Made by a program: the position numbers and the translations under genes | Shown: positions 12,201 through 22,511 of the stretch, in pieces | Layout: the number at the start of each line of letters is the position of its first letter | Position numbering within the stretch: position 1 is the stretch's first letter | Notes under the pieces: generated by a model | Database searches by the model: none | Seen by the model: only the letters and a program-made list of their open reading frames with translations | Told to the model about the DNA's origin: nothing | DNA from: Cyanophora paradoxa CCMP329 | Lineage: Eukaryota > Plantae > Glaucophyta | Assembly (NCBI GenBank): GCA_004431415.1 | Contig: QPMI01000502.1 | Span: 1-64,000, forward strand | DNA length: 64,000 nucleotides | Reading direction: 5' to 3'

Positions 12201-12822
12201 TACAAAGGGCTTCCCGTGTTTATTAATTGCCTCGTTCAATGGTCTATAATCATTAACCATACGTTTCCCGTCTGGTTTCTTTGGGACTAAGAACGTGGCG
12301 GCGCCCCATAAGCTGAAGCATGGTGCGAGTTGGCCCCTCTTAACTTGTTCTTGGATGATCTCATATAAAAGGGCTTGGTCGGGAGGGGAGAGAGCAATAG
12401 GGCGGCGGGAAATGGGTTGGGCGTCTCCGGTGTCGACGTCATATTTTAAAAATGGGATGGGGGGACCAAGGGTGTCAATTTCGAAAACGTCACCGAACTC
12501 ATTCAGATGGTTGAACATCCGATCCTTCAGCTCCTGCGGCCAGTTCTTCTTCTCCAGCTTCTCCCGCAGCAGCTTGGCGTTCTTTTCAGACAGCGGCCGC
12601 TTGGGATACTCTGCGGGGAGGTAGAACGCGGTGCGAAGAGGAAGGGGTGCGAGTTCATAATCTGGGTCGATGGCAGTCGACCCAGACCCACCCTCCGCCT
12701 TCGAGGGCTCCAAGATGAAGCCTTCATCAGCAGAGGCGGCGATCTCGGTGATCCGCGACGCCGAGAGGCTGATGGCTGGCGCCGGGTGCAGATCGATGGT
12801 GCCGATGGTCGTGTGATGCATT
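9272..12822 (-). mobile_element. pol: Ty3/Gypsy LTR retrotransposon pol, 3' part: RT, RNase H, integrase
   Basis: RT: NDYRPLN, MPFG..APSFFQ, FIDD. RH: LTTDASKIGLG, TDHNPL, DGLSR. IN: H..H..CEIC, MDEV, VDGGSAF, GALER. Order is PR-RT-RH-IN. Probable 1-nt indel in the G-run near 9478; truncated at 9271 by PLV-A. Confidence 0.95.
12817..12822. repeat. 6-bp target site duplication TGCATT (partner at 36582-36587)
   Basis: Identical hexamer immediately outside both TIRs. Confidence 0.95.
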
Positions 12823-13105
12823 TGTTGTAAAGGGGAGGACCCCCCCCCAAACCAGACCGCCCCCAAAGTCTGGTTTTACCTTCAGGGATCCACCCCTTCT
12901 AGCGTCATCAATTAGCGATTTTTCTGAGATCAGTTAGGCGTGTTAATTAGGCGTGATGATGGACGAGCATGGATTTGAAGATTGGAAGGCGTGAGGGCGA
13001 GTGCATTTGGATCTGAGTAGAGAATATCGAGGGAGCTCTATCTAGGCGCTATCAGGGGCGACCTCCCAAGCGGTACGGGCCCCCAGAGCGGTCTGGTGCG
13101 GCCTC
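12823..13105 (+). repeat. Left TIR of PLV-B
   Basis: TGTTGTAAAGGGGAGGAC...GTGCGGCCTC is the reverse complement of 36299-36581, with no mismatch seen by eye. Confidence 0.97.
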
Positions 13106-13304
13106 TGGAGATGAGAAACGTCGAGATTAATATGTACAGTACTAGTGGACCTATAGCTAACTGCTGAACGTAACTGCTCCTCACACAAATCAGAGTCATA
13201 TATCAGAGTCAGAGTCAGAGTCTGAACTGTTCCTTACTGAGTCAGAGTCAGAGCCATAGAGTATTCTATAGCTAATCATTTGATAGCTATAGAATAATTC
13301 AAGA

Positions 13305-13880
13305 TCAATGCGCCACCGACATGGAGGGCAGTAATCTGATATATCGATATATAGGTGTCAGAAAGCATTTCAGCAAAGAATGATATATAGTCATTATATA
13401 AGTAAACGCACATTTGTGGCGGTCGGGCACGTCCGCATCCTGTAGAGGACGAGAGTCTGCACACTCGCAGCAGCAGGGCATACAACCGGACTTGACAAGG
13501 GCGCATGCTGCCTTTTCGCCGTAACGGTGAATCTTGCGCGACGGCTCGCACACGTTCATTCTTGCTTCGACGCGCCAGCGGCACGGAGGGCAGTAATCTG
13601 ATAGATTTTATTAGGCAAGGCACAAATTGTACTAAGTGTACGTAATTGCACACGCACACATATGGTAGCGAGAAGGGATGCTAGAACGTATACTAGAATC
13701 CATGCACTCGCAACAGCAGGGCAAACAACCGTACTTTACAAGGGCGCATGTGGATTCGAAATTGAGCTTGTGGGACGGCTCGCACAGGAAGCTGGTAATG
13801 TGAAGGCAAATCTCTTCTGGAAACGGCAGAACCTCAGTCAACAGCTGTGCAACTTCTGTGACGGTTGCCGATCGCGACAT
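13305..13880 (-). CDS. Two tandem paralogous small Cys-rich ORFs (13632-13880 with F-box-like N-terminus; 13305-13559)
   Basis: Both contain CEPS.K...E..CALVK.GC.PCCCEC.DS. The first begins LPFPEEICLHITSFL. Confidence 0.5.
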
Positions 13881-15879
13881 GGCCCAGTGGTCTACTAGGC
13901 CCGGGCTAGCGCTAGTACGACTCTGTAGTAGAGTCTGTACGAGTAGGCTACGCCGCTACTAGGCTACTTACTACTACTAAGTTAGCCGCTAGTAGCCCGC
14001 TACTATAGTACGCCGCGACCGCGACTTGCCAAGTTGCCAAGTTGGCGAGTGTGATAGCTGAAAGCCGCTGAGCACGCCTTTTATACTACGGTTGTGTTTC
14101 TTTATTCAGAAAGAAAGATAATAATTGCAATTTGGCCGGCTTAAGAAGGTTCCATCAAGTTCTGCTACTTCATATAACAAAATTCGCATTTAACATAAAA
14201 GAATTAAATTCTGGGTCCCCGAAGGTTCCAGCTGCCGAGTCAGACGTGGCAGCTTGCCATTGGCCAACGTGGCAGCTCGCCATTGGCCAACTTCAAGAAT
14301 TGTGCAATTAGCAAAATGAGTTATATTCGTATTTGTTTGCGCCATGATATTGAAAAACAGTACAATTGTAAGATTTGTCTATAGCAATTCTCAATTCTAT
14401 TGCTGAAGTTCTAGCAATTCTCAATTCTCTACCTGCCAGGCTGTTGCTGCAACTTCAAATTTCAGGCTTGCTAGCATGCTGGCCTAGCTAGCGCCGCCGT
14501 CAAGGCCGACGTACTACTGTAGGCGTAGTTTTTTAGCCGTTGTAAATAATTCGGCAATTTAGTATGACGGCAATTGCTTTGGGGGTAGGTAAATGCTCAG
14601 CCCGCCATAGAGCAGAAATCTGGATTCGGCAATTTAATACCACGGCAATTCCGGTTTTGGACAAATTCGGCAATTTTACTACGCGGCAATTTAACTACGC
14701 CTAAAGTAGACTACTAGCTATAGCGCGGTACTAGCGCCGCTAGCTATAGCGGCTAGCGTATTATAATTACATTTGTACATCAAGTCGAGCTGATGTTAAT
14801 TTGATGCGGATCGGAGTCATGGGAAAGTTTGCAATTGACTCATTGACTCAGTGATGGCTATCATAGTATTTGAAGCCGCCGCCGTCGACGTCAGTAGGCC
14901 TGCACCGCGCGCGACTCAGCTCGAGAGTCAGAGGCTCAGAGCTAGCGACGCTCAGGCTACTAGGCTAACCCATTAATTAGTACAGCTAGCGCTAGCGCAG
15001 CGCCACGCACGTTTGATTTTGATAGCTTCCATTTCAACTTCTTCCTTCAGCTTGAGCACGCGACTGCAGATCGCGTCGAGATGTTGCATGCTACTATCGT
15101 GCTCTTGCTGGCTCTGCGCAAGCGCCGCGAGCGTTAGTGCATCGGACTCGCCGACGCCAGCGCTAGTCGCGCTAGTCTATCTCCTCACCATATTGTGACT
15201 CTTGAGCTCGAGATCATGTCTGATTTGCCGCATTCCTGCAGCCATGCTGCTCAAATCCTCGAAAAGGGCCGCAAACATCTGCTCGCTAATTTCTGCTCGC
15301 ATCGAAACTCGTATGTCGTCGAGGCGCCGGCGCTTGTTCGACATAGCGTTCTCAAGGCTGTGCTCGGTGTTGTTGGCCATTGGATTTGGGGTCTGTACGC
15401 TCGCAAAGCTTGCTGCGCACGCGTGTACTCTTCTTTTGCTAGCTCTATTGCCTGCTCTGAGCGTCCGGATCCTGATTTATCTGCCCGGTCTAATCTGGCC
15501 TTCGCGTTTTTGCAGTCTTTCCTCAGCCGTGCCTTCTCCGGGTGCTCCGCCTTTTTCCACTTTGCAGTGCGCTCCTTTCCGGGGACTGGCGGCGGCCGCG
15601 GCGCTGCAAGGCGCTGGTGCCGGGCTGGACCGCTTACTAGTTTAACTGAGCTTGCCGGTGCCGCCAGCCTGGCCTAAGAGTCTAGGACTTCCCGGGCCGA
15701 AGCTTCGAGGTTTTCCACCGACTTTCTTTAATTGGCTGAAAAGAAAGAAAGAGAGAAAACACGAAAAAACGTGAAGAAACGAGAAACAGTCAAAAACCAA
15801 TTGCAATTCGAAAAAAGTCACGAGTCTCAAAAAAACAACATATTGAACGTGTACCGTCACTACCGTGACATCCGTATCC

Positions 15880-16078
15880 GACGTACGGCGGGTGTGACGG
15901 ACGTACGGCGGGTGTGACGGACGTACGGCGGGTGTGACACTGTGACAGTCGACGTCAGGCCGCTAGTACTAGCCTAGTAGGCCCGCTACACCCGCTAGCG
16001 CTAGCGCTAACCTAGCCTAGTAGCTGGTACGGCTTGCGGACGTTCGGCGGGTGTGACGGACGTACGGCGAGGGTGACG
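15880..16078. repeat. 20-bp tandem repeat GACGTACGGCGGGTGTGACG (3 copies at 15880-15938, 2 degenerate at ~16038-16078)
   Basis: Directly visible; no unique spacers. Confidence 0.9.
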
Positions 16079-16241
16079 CGGGCGGTCTGCAGTGACACTG
16101 TGCAATCGGCTAGCACAGCAGTAGCGCTAGCGCTAGCGCTAGCTATATATATATAGGTCCTAGCAAGTCTTAGAGATAGCTTCACGATCTAGCGCTACAG
16201 CTCCGGCCGCGGATCGAGAGCGCCACAATCACTAAGCCAAG

Positions 16242-17170
16242 ATGCCGTCGCACAATCCAACAGCGTACCGGCGTGCTCTGAAAGAGGGGCTGAAGCATCT
16301 ATGTTCGACGGCACTGGAGCGCCAAGTAATAAGCCAGCGCGATTATGCGTATTTTGAGCTATTTTTCAGCAGCAACTCGAGGAAAAGTCTTAACTCGATT
16401 AACATGTGCATACTATCAATTCACAGAATCATGCGCGACGCAAATCAGCAGTACGTGCAAATGATGGAGATAGCTGGGTCGTCCCCTGAGCAAGCTCAAC
16501 TGCGGGCTGACATCGAACGGGCTTATCAACGAGTTGAAGAAGCTGATCTGACTGCGTTTTCCCTAGCGAGTATCAAAACGTTCTCGCACCAGGCTGATTC
16601 GATTTGCCCAATTCCAGATGTAGGCGTTGAGGATTCACAGTCTATCGCTAATGCGTCAGAGACAGCGAGCACCGTACTTGGCGAAGCCGAAGAGCCAGCT
16701 GCAGCGGAGGGCATAGCCAGCGCCGGCCAAGGCGAAAATGACGAGAATAATAATTCAGCACCGGCTGATGCAGCTGCTGAGATCGAACAGGGCTCTGATC
16801 GTGAGGAGATCGACGCCACGCGTACGGCTCTAGATCTTGATCCAGTGGTTGATGGCTCCGTTCCAGGGGGCTTGGGGGTTGGAGGGAGCGAAGTGGTCCG
16901 GCTATAGCTAGCGCTAGCACCGACGCCAGGCGAGCTCAGCAGCCTCGCCGGCAGTTGACAGCAGAGGAGCGCGCAGAGCGACTACTGAAGCGTAAGCGTA
17001 AGGCGCAGCACGAGCTCTGCCTAAAATTGAAAGCAGCTGGGGTTAGAGTGGCTGTGGTGGGAATCAGACGAGAAGATGGCGGCCACTATTTCACAGAGCT
17101 CGTCCCGACTTCAGAGCAGTTTACAAGATGGTCACAAATCGTGAACACGATCATGCTGGCCAGCCCTTGA
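16242..17170 (+). CDS. Hypothetical protein(s): 221-aa acidic ORF, possibly continuous with 16955-17170 via a frameshift in G-runs near 16865-16885
   Basis: ATG at 16242. The downstream ORF lacks an ATG and its frame is open back to 16853. Confidence 0.45.
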
Positions 17171-17276
17171 CCTCTCTTGCATGGCTTAGAGGTTTCCTGC
17201 ATTCTATCTAGCAGTCAGAGATTGTTGCGCTGAAATCCGAAATTAATTTCAGTCCCTCTTCTTGGAAGCGCATGCA

Positions 17277-20200
17277 ATGGCCAGCACTGCAGCACTTAAG
17301 GCCGAACTTAGAAATTTAGCGACAGAACTTTATGATCGTGGATATGTTCACGGGACATTTCGAAACAAACTGATGCGCCTAGCGGACGCTAGCAGCGGGA
17401 CCTGGGGCCAAACGATTCGCAAATATATAGCGACACTGCTGCGACTGCGGAGCACGATTCGCCCAGCACGCCGCTTATATGAAGGCCAGCTCGCAGGCCA
17501 TTTTGGCGCAATTGCAGCAGCTCGCGCAAACGCGGTTCAGGCCGAGGAGGCGATACTGGAGGACGTTCCTAATATATTTCAGGATGTTGAAGAAATTCCC
17601 GTGCCACAAGATCTGGATGGGGTGCTCTCTCACAGGCACCACCGCTATCCGAATTTACTATTCGATAAGCACGTATATGCAATCGAGCCCACCTACGATC
17701 TGGAGTCCGTAAAGAATTTAACTATCGACGTTCTGGGTCAACTGGGCATTGCAGAGATGATAGGGCGATTTGTGTTAATCCGGTTCCGCTTTGACAATAA
17801 TCACATGTATACGACCCAGCTGATCCAAATAAGACAGAACGGGTTGCAGAGTTTGACTGAGAGTTTAGATGAGCGGATTGCGCAGTGGATGTCAGCACAA
17901 ATGTCATATCAGGAGGACGATTTCTGGACGGTAACATCGATCGAGGTGTTAATTGCAGACAACGCGGCTGGCGCCCTAGGCAATGTTCCGAAATTGCCAT
18001 TTTATCATAGGACAGTCGATAAGCTATACTGCCCGATGTCCCCAGCGAATGACTGCGTGCTCGAATGCTTTGAGTACGTTAAATTAAATCCACGCGGACT
18101 GAGCCTGAAGACAGTAATCGAAAAGCTGGCAAAGGCACCCTATGCATCTATTCGAGAGCGGCTCGGACTGGGAAAGGGCATGATATCTCTTGATCGCAGC
18201 ACAGTAGAAGCAATCTGCGGATTTTATTCGATAGATACAACTGTGACGGAGTGGGCAAACACGAAATTCAAGGAGCTTTTTCGAACCCAGTTTGATTATT
18301 CGAAGCGTGCAATTCTCTGCAACATTGATGGGCATTGCTACCTGATTAAAAAGGAGGCGACACTAGGTCTGGAGCGGTGCCCTTGCTGCGGAAAGATGTT
18401 TGATTTGGCAACGCATGTGGAGCAATGCACGTTCTGCAATAACTGCAAACGCGCGTACGACCCCAGAAAAGATCATTCATCAGAGTGCCAGGAGATGACG
18501 CGCCGTCAAAACGTGATCGGGCGGCAAATCAAGCCCTGCAAACCGGAGACAGAATTTACAGCGTTGGACAGCGTTGTCTGCGCGGATTTTGAAACGTTTG
18601 CTGCCAACGGCAAGACGCACGTTCCATATGCTGTCAGCTATTGCACGATTGAAAAAGGGGAGGTCTCGCCATGCGAGTTAATTTATGGTGAGCAAACGTT
18701 GGACTTGTTTATGCGCTGGCTTGAGCGCCGCAGCGAAAAGACGACGTTGGTGTTCTACAATGGGTCTGGCTTTGACTATATATTTGTCTACAAATGGCTC
18801 GTGTTAAATCGACCGAATACAGCATTAAACGTTCTGCGGTCGAACGGCAAGATCAAGAATATGTCGTGGAAAACGGCTGCAGGCGGGCCTATAAGTACGT
18901 TTGATCCGTGCCTGCACATCCAGGCTTCGCTCAAACAGGCCTGCAAGGACTACGGCTGCACTAACGTAAAGGGAGATTTTGATCATAGCAAGATTAAAAC
19001 GTGGGAGGACGTTGAGCGCTTTAAATCTGAATGGGAGCCGTACGTGGAAGACGACGTTAAGGCAATGACAGAGCTTTACATTAAATATTCGACAGCAGTC
19101 TTCGATCTGTACGGCTTAAACGTGAACACAACGCAAACAACCACAGCTTCGGCAATGGCGTTCCAGATTCATCGGCAGACGTTGATCAATCCAATTTCGC
19201 TACCGACCTACAAGGATGATCAGGTGCTGCGCCAGGCAATATATGGTGGACGGTGTCTCCCATTTAAACGCAAATTCGTCTCATCGGGCCCGGATGATTA
19301 TTTAGTCGACCTGGATGTTGTAAGCTTGTATCCGACGGCTATGTACGAGAATTGGTTTCCAACTGGAAAGTACAAGCATATTACGTCGCCCGATGCGCTG
19401 GACAGATTCTGCAAGATATTACAATCGAATCAGCGTTCGTTGATGTTTATTGCGTGCGTGGACGTGACAATTCCGCAAAATCTGCTGCTCTCTCCGCTGC
19501 CACGGCACGAATCTAATCTAGGCTGGTCTAATCTCAAGCCAATTGAGCGCGGTTGGTATACGTCAGTCGATATTAATCGTGCAATTAAACTGGGATGCGA
19601 GGTGACGAAGGTGCGCGAGGTCTACCTGTTTGACGGTAAAGATCAGATGTTTAAGACCTACATGGAGCGGATGTACTGCCAGAAAGCTAGATCTCGCAAG
19701 GGAACAGCTCCGTATGCGACGTCAAAGATTTACATGAATGGCCTTTACGGTAAATATTGCCAGCGGCCTGTGATCACAACCTCGGATCTGGTCACATCAT
19801 ACAAGCGATTTCGAGAAATTCAGCGATCAGCGCAGATCACAGACATTTCGATCGAATCAGACACGCGGATGTTTGTCACGTACGAGATTGAGGAGTCCAA
19901 GCGTGATAGAGCTGTCACTAAACCGTGCTTTATTGGCGCATTTATTCTGTCATATTCGCGGGAGATCATGGACAGGTTTCTGATTGAAATAGGCGCATAC
20001 TGGAGCATCGATGCAATGCCGTTCTATACTGATACGGACTCTTTGATTGTCCATCGAAAATACGCTGATCTGCTGCGGGCAAAAGGTTATATGAAGCCAG
20101 CATATGATATAGCGACGGCAACAGATGCGGACATTTGCAGGCAGGAACTAGGGAAACTTGACTGTGACATTAAAGGGCGGATTGTGGAAGCGTACTTCAT

Positions 20201-20603
20201 TGGGCCGAAGCTTTATACGTGTTCATTTGTACGTGACAGCGACGCGCAGCTTGATCTGCATGTACGCGCAAAGGGGATTCCGCAATCGTGGATCCAGGAG
20301 CACTGGCTACCAGACGAACCAGAGGCGAGGAAAGGGGCCCTCGACCGCAGGATCGCTCTGGATGCTTACAGGTGCATGCTCGAGGATCCCACGTACCAAC
20401 CCAAATGCACAATCGAATCAAAGCTGGCCCGTGTTTATAAACCGAACGGGCGGCAACGGGAGAGCGGAATCAGCTTTAGTTCCATGATCCAAATTCCGTT
20501 CGCTCGACAGCTGAACAAGTCGCAGTATACAAAGCGCAAGATAATTTCGGACGAATACTATAGTAGCGTCCCCCATGAGTACCGCGCAGGCGAGCCGAAT
20601 TAA
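17277..20603 (+). CDS. Protein-primed family B DNA polymerase (intact, with 3'-5' exonuclease)
   Basis: ExoI CADFET, ExoII FYNGSGFD, ExoIII YVEDDV; IYGGRC, DLDVVSLYPTAM, KIYMNGLYGK, YTDTDS, GPKLY, AKGI. Confidence 0.95.
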   Translation: MASTAALKAELRNLATELYDRGYVHGTFRNKLMRLADASSGTWGQTIRKYIATLLRLRSTIRPARRLYEGQLAGHFGAIAAARANAVQAEEAILEDVPNIFQDVEEIPVPQDLDGVLSHRHHRYPNLLFDKHVYAIEPTYDLESVKNLTIDVLGQLGIAEMIGRFVLIRFRFDNNHMYTTQLIQIRQNGLQSLTESLDERIAQWMSAQMSYQEDDFWTVTSIEVLIADNAAGALGNVPKLPFYHRTVDKLYCPMSPANDCVLECFEYVKLNPRGLSLKTVIEKLAKAPYASIRERLGLGKGMISLDRSTVEAICGFYSIDTTVTEWANTKFKELFRTQFDYSKRAILCNIDGHCYLIKKEATLGLERCPCCGKMFDLATHVEQCTFCNNCKRAYDPRKDHSSECQEMTRRQNVIGRQIKPCKPETEFTALDSVVCADFETFAANGKTHVPYAVSYCTIEKGEVSPCELIYGEQTLDLFMRWLERRSEKTTLVFYNGSGFDYIFVYKWLVLNRPNTALNVLRSNGKIKNMSWKTAAGGPISTFDPCLHIQASLKQACKDYGCTNVKGDFDHSKIKTWEDVERFKSEWEPYVEDDVKAMTELYIKYSTAVFDLYGLNVNTTQTTTASAMAFQIHRQTLINPISLPTYKDDQVLRQAIYGGRCLPFKRKFVSSGPDDYLVDLDVVSLYPTAMYENWFPTGKYKHITSPDALDRFCKILQSNQRSLMFIACVDVTIPQNLLLSPLPRHESNLGWSNLKPIERGWYTSVDINRAIKLGCEVTKVREVYLFDGKDQMFKTYMERMYCQKARSRKGTAPYATSKIYMNGLYGKYCQRPVITTSDLVTSYKRFREIQRSAQITDISIESDTRMFVTYEIEESKRDRAVTKPCFIGAFILSYSREIMDRFLIEIGAYWSIDAMPFYTDTDSLIVHRKYADLLRAKGYMKPAYDIATATDADICRQELGKLDCDIKGRIVEAYFIGPKLYTCSFVRDSDAQLDLHVRAKGIPQSWIQEHWLPDEPEARKGALDRRIALDAYRCMLEDPTYQPKCTIESKLARVYKPNGRQRESGISFSSMIQIPFARQLNKSQYTKRKIISDEYYSSVPHEYRAGEPN

Positions 20604-21761
20604 GCAAGCTTATTACGATCCGGAAACTGGCTTTCAGTCTGCGGCGAGGATAGCTAAGCGGCTCAATTTACCGCTATCAAGAGTGCAGGACGTACTTTCA
20701 AAATTGACGACTGCGCAGCGTTTTGCGAAACCTGTAAAGGAAAAGCCATCGACCAGCATAATTTACGGGGAGCCCGAAAAGTACTACGAAGTCGATCTGA
20801 TTGATGTGACCCCGTACGCGAGAACTAATCGAGGATTACTTTTATTATGAACGGTATCGATGTGACGACGCGCAAAGCGTATAGCATCCCTATGAAGACG
20901 AAATCGGAAAGCACTCTGCTAGCCAGTTTGAAGAAATTGATTGATGCACTCCCCTCGAAGCCGGACGTCATTCAGACAGATCAGGAGTTCAAAGGAACCG
21001 CAGCAACAATGCTAGCGAGTATGGGCATCAAGCATAATGCAGTGGAGGCGCATCGCCCGCAAGCAAACGGCAAAATAGAGAGATTTAATGGTACGCTTAA
21101 GCGCATCATTGCAAAGTACATGGATGCGTACGACACGGACAGATATATCGATAAGCTGCCTGCTTTCTTGCGCAATTATAATTCGTCAGAGCATAGGTCA
21201 ATTGGTACGTCGCCGAACGCTGCAGCAGAAAATCCGAAGGAGACAATTGCACGCAACGACTACCAGAGAGAAGCGTACGAGCAACAGCACTATTTTGCCC
21301 AAGCGGAATTTAAGGTAGGCGATCGGGTGCGAGTGCAGCTAGAGCGGCAGCGTTTCGACAAGTCTTCAAAGCCGACGTATTCAAAAGAAATCTACACGAT
21401 CACGGAGATAGGTGGCTTTGGGCCGCTGCTCAAATTTACGCTTTCGGGCTACGACAAAGCGGTGACCTACCAGCGACTATTGAAAGTAGCGGCAGATTCA
21501 GAGGAACGTCGTGCGGGCAATGCAGCACAGCGGGCACAGCAGCGCAGGAAGAAAGAGATTAATCTAATGCAAGAGAATCTAGACAAGAGTGATATAGAGA
21601 GAGCGCGCAAACTCGAGCGTTTGCAGAAGCAATTGTTGACTGCAGGTAAAGAGAAGCTGAACCCAGGAGGGGCAACACAGAGATGGTATTCGTCGTTCCA
21701 GAATAAAACTGCAGCGTACTCAGCCCCTGGCAATACGCGAACTCTCCGCCCACGCGCGTGA
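20575..21761 (+). CDS. rve DDE integrase of PLV-B, split by a single frameshift at ~20835-20847
   Basis: YYDP..GF, YEVDLID, GIDVTTRKA, IQTDQEF, NGKIERFNGTLK, YNSSEHRSIG, FKVGDRVRV. Adding one A (GGA ATT ACT TTT ATT ATG) joins the two ORFs. Confidence 0.9.
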
Positions 21762-21827
21762 AAAAGAAAGGGAGCCATCTTGGCTTCCTCCTTCTTTCGC
21801 TCCCCTCTTTTTACTAATTGCCGGCCA

Positions 21828-22103
21828 TTAGAGAGCTATAACAATTGTTTGTTGGAGGGACTCTAGCAGAGCTAACTTTTCGTAGATTCGATTGCGATAG
21901 CGGCGATTGGCCTCCAGATGGCCCTCACTGTTATTGCGTTGATATTTCAAACTGGCTTCGATGTGACGTCGCCGGTAATCAGGATCTTCATTGTACCTGC
22001 GCCGATGGCTCTCCGCTCGCTTGGCCTTCCGTGCCGCAGCGATTTCAGGGGTGACAACAATTGGCTTGCGGCCTGGGCGCTTTGGCGATGATTCGGCATC
22101 CAT
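21828..22103 (-). CDS. Small basic putative DNA-binding protein with AT-hook-like KRPGRKP
   Basis: Arg-rich 91 aa; similar segment to 1391-1645. Confidence 0.6.
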   Translation of the reverse strand: MDAESSPKRPGRKPIVVTPEIAAARKAKRAESHRRRYNEDPDYRRRHIEASLKYQRNNSEGHLEANRRYRNRIYEKLALLESLQQTIVIAL

Positions 22104-22214
22104 ATTTGCGGGTTTCTCGTCACAAACAAGGAGCGAAATAATTTTATGGCATCAATCGCAGAACGACCAACTGCGTTGGATTTCGAGAATTAAATCCGAG
22201 ATATAATTAAAACA

Positions 22215-22511
22215 ATGCCAGCAACGATCCGATTCGGCAAGTATCGAGGGGAGACGCATCTGGAGGTTGTTTACAGGGATCCAAAATATGCAGAATGGTT
22301 AATTTCGTGGCCGCATTTGCGCCCATACGATAAGCAAAAGCTTGAGCGTGCATTCGAAATGTGCCGCACAATAGAGGGCTCTGAGCTTAGGAAGATGATT
22401 GACTTCGCAAAGCAGCAGCGACGTCCTACAGTCGAAGCCGATGGGCTGGGCGAACTGATTACAGTCGAATCCGCCGACCTCCCAGAGCTCCCTTCATTTG
22501 AGAGCTTGTAG
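22215..22511 (+). CDS. DUF3820/QSregVF_b-like small protein
   Basis: IRFGKYRGETHLEVVYRDPKYAEWL matches the FGKYxG...D..Y..W motif. Confidence 0.7.
   Translation: MPATIRFGKYRGETHLEVVYRDPKYAEWLISWPHLRPYDKQKLERAFEMCRTIEGSELRKMIDFAKQQRRPTVEADGLGELITVESADLPELPSFESL

Noticed and set aside
12823-12866. N-terminus of the 1174-aa ORF and C-terminus of ORF 36467-37852
   Set aside because: These are read-through into the viral TIRs, not real protein ends.
15880-16078. CRISPR-like array
   Set aside because: Repeats are contiguous without unique spacers, and no cas genes are present.
13890-16920. TAG stop-codon reassignment in PLV-B
   Set aside because: Long genes are open in the standard code and the MCP gene ends in TAG.
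20830-20850. Programmed frameshift in the PLV-B integrase
   Set aside because: No canonical slippery heptamer in phase; a single missing A explains it (mutation or assembly indel).
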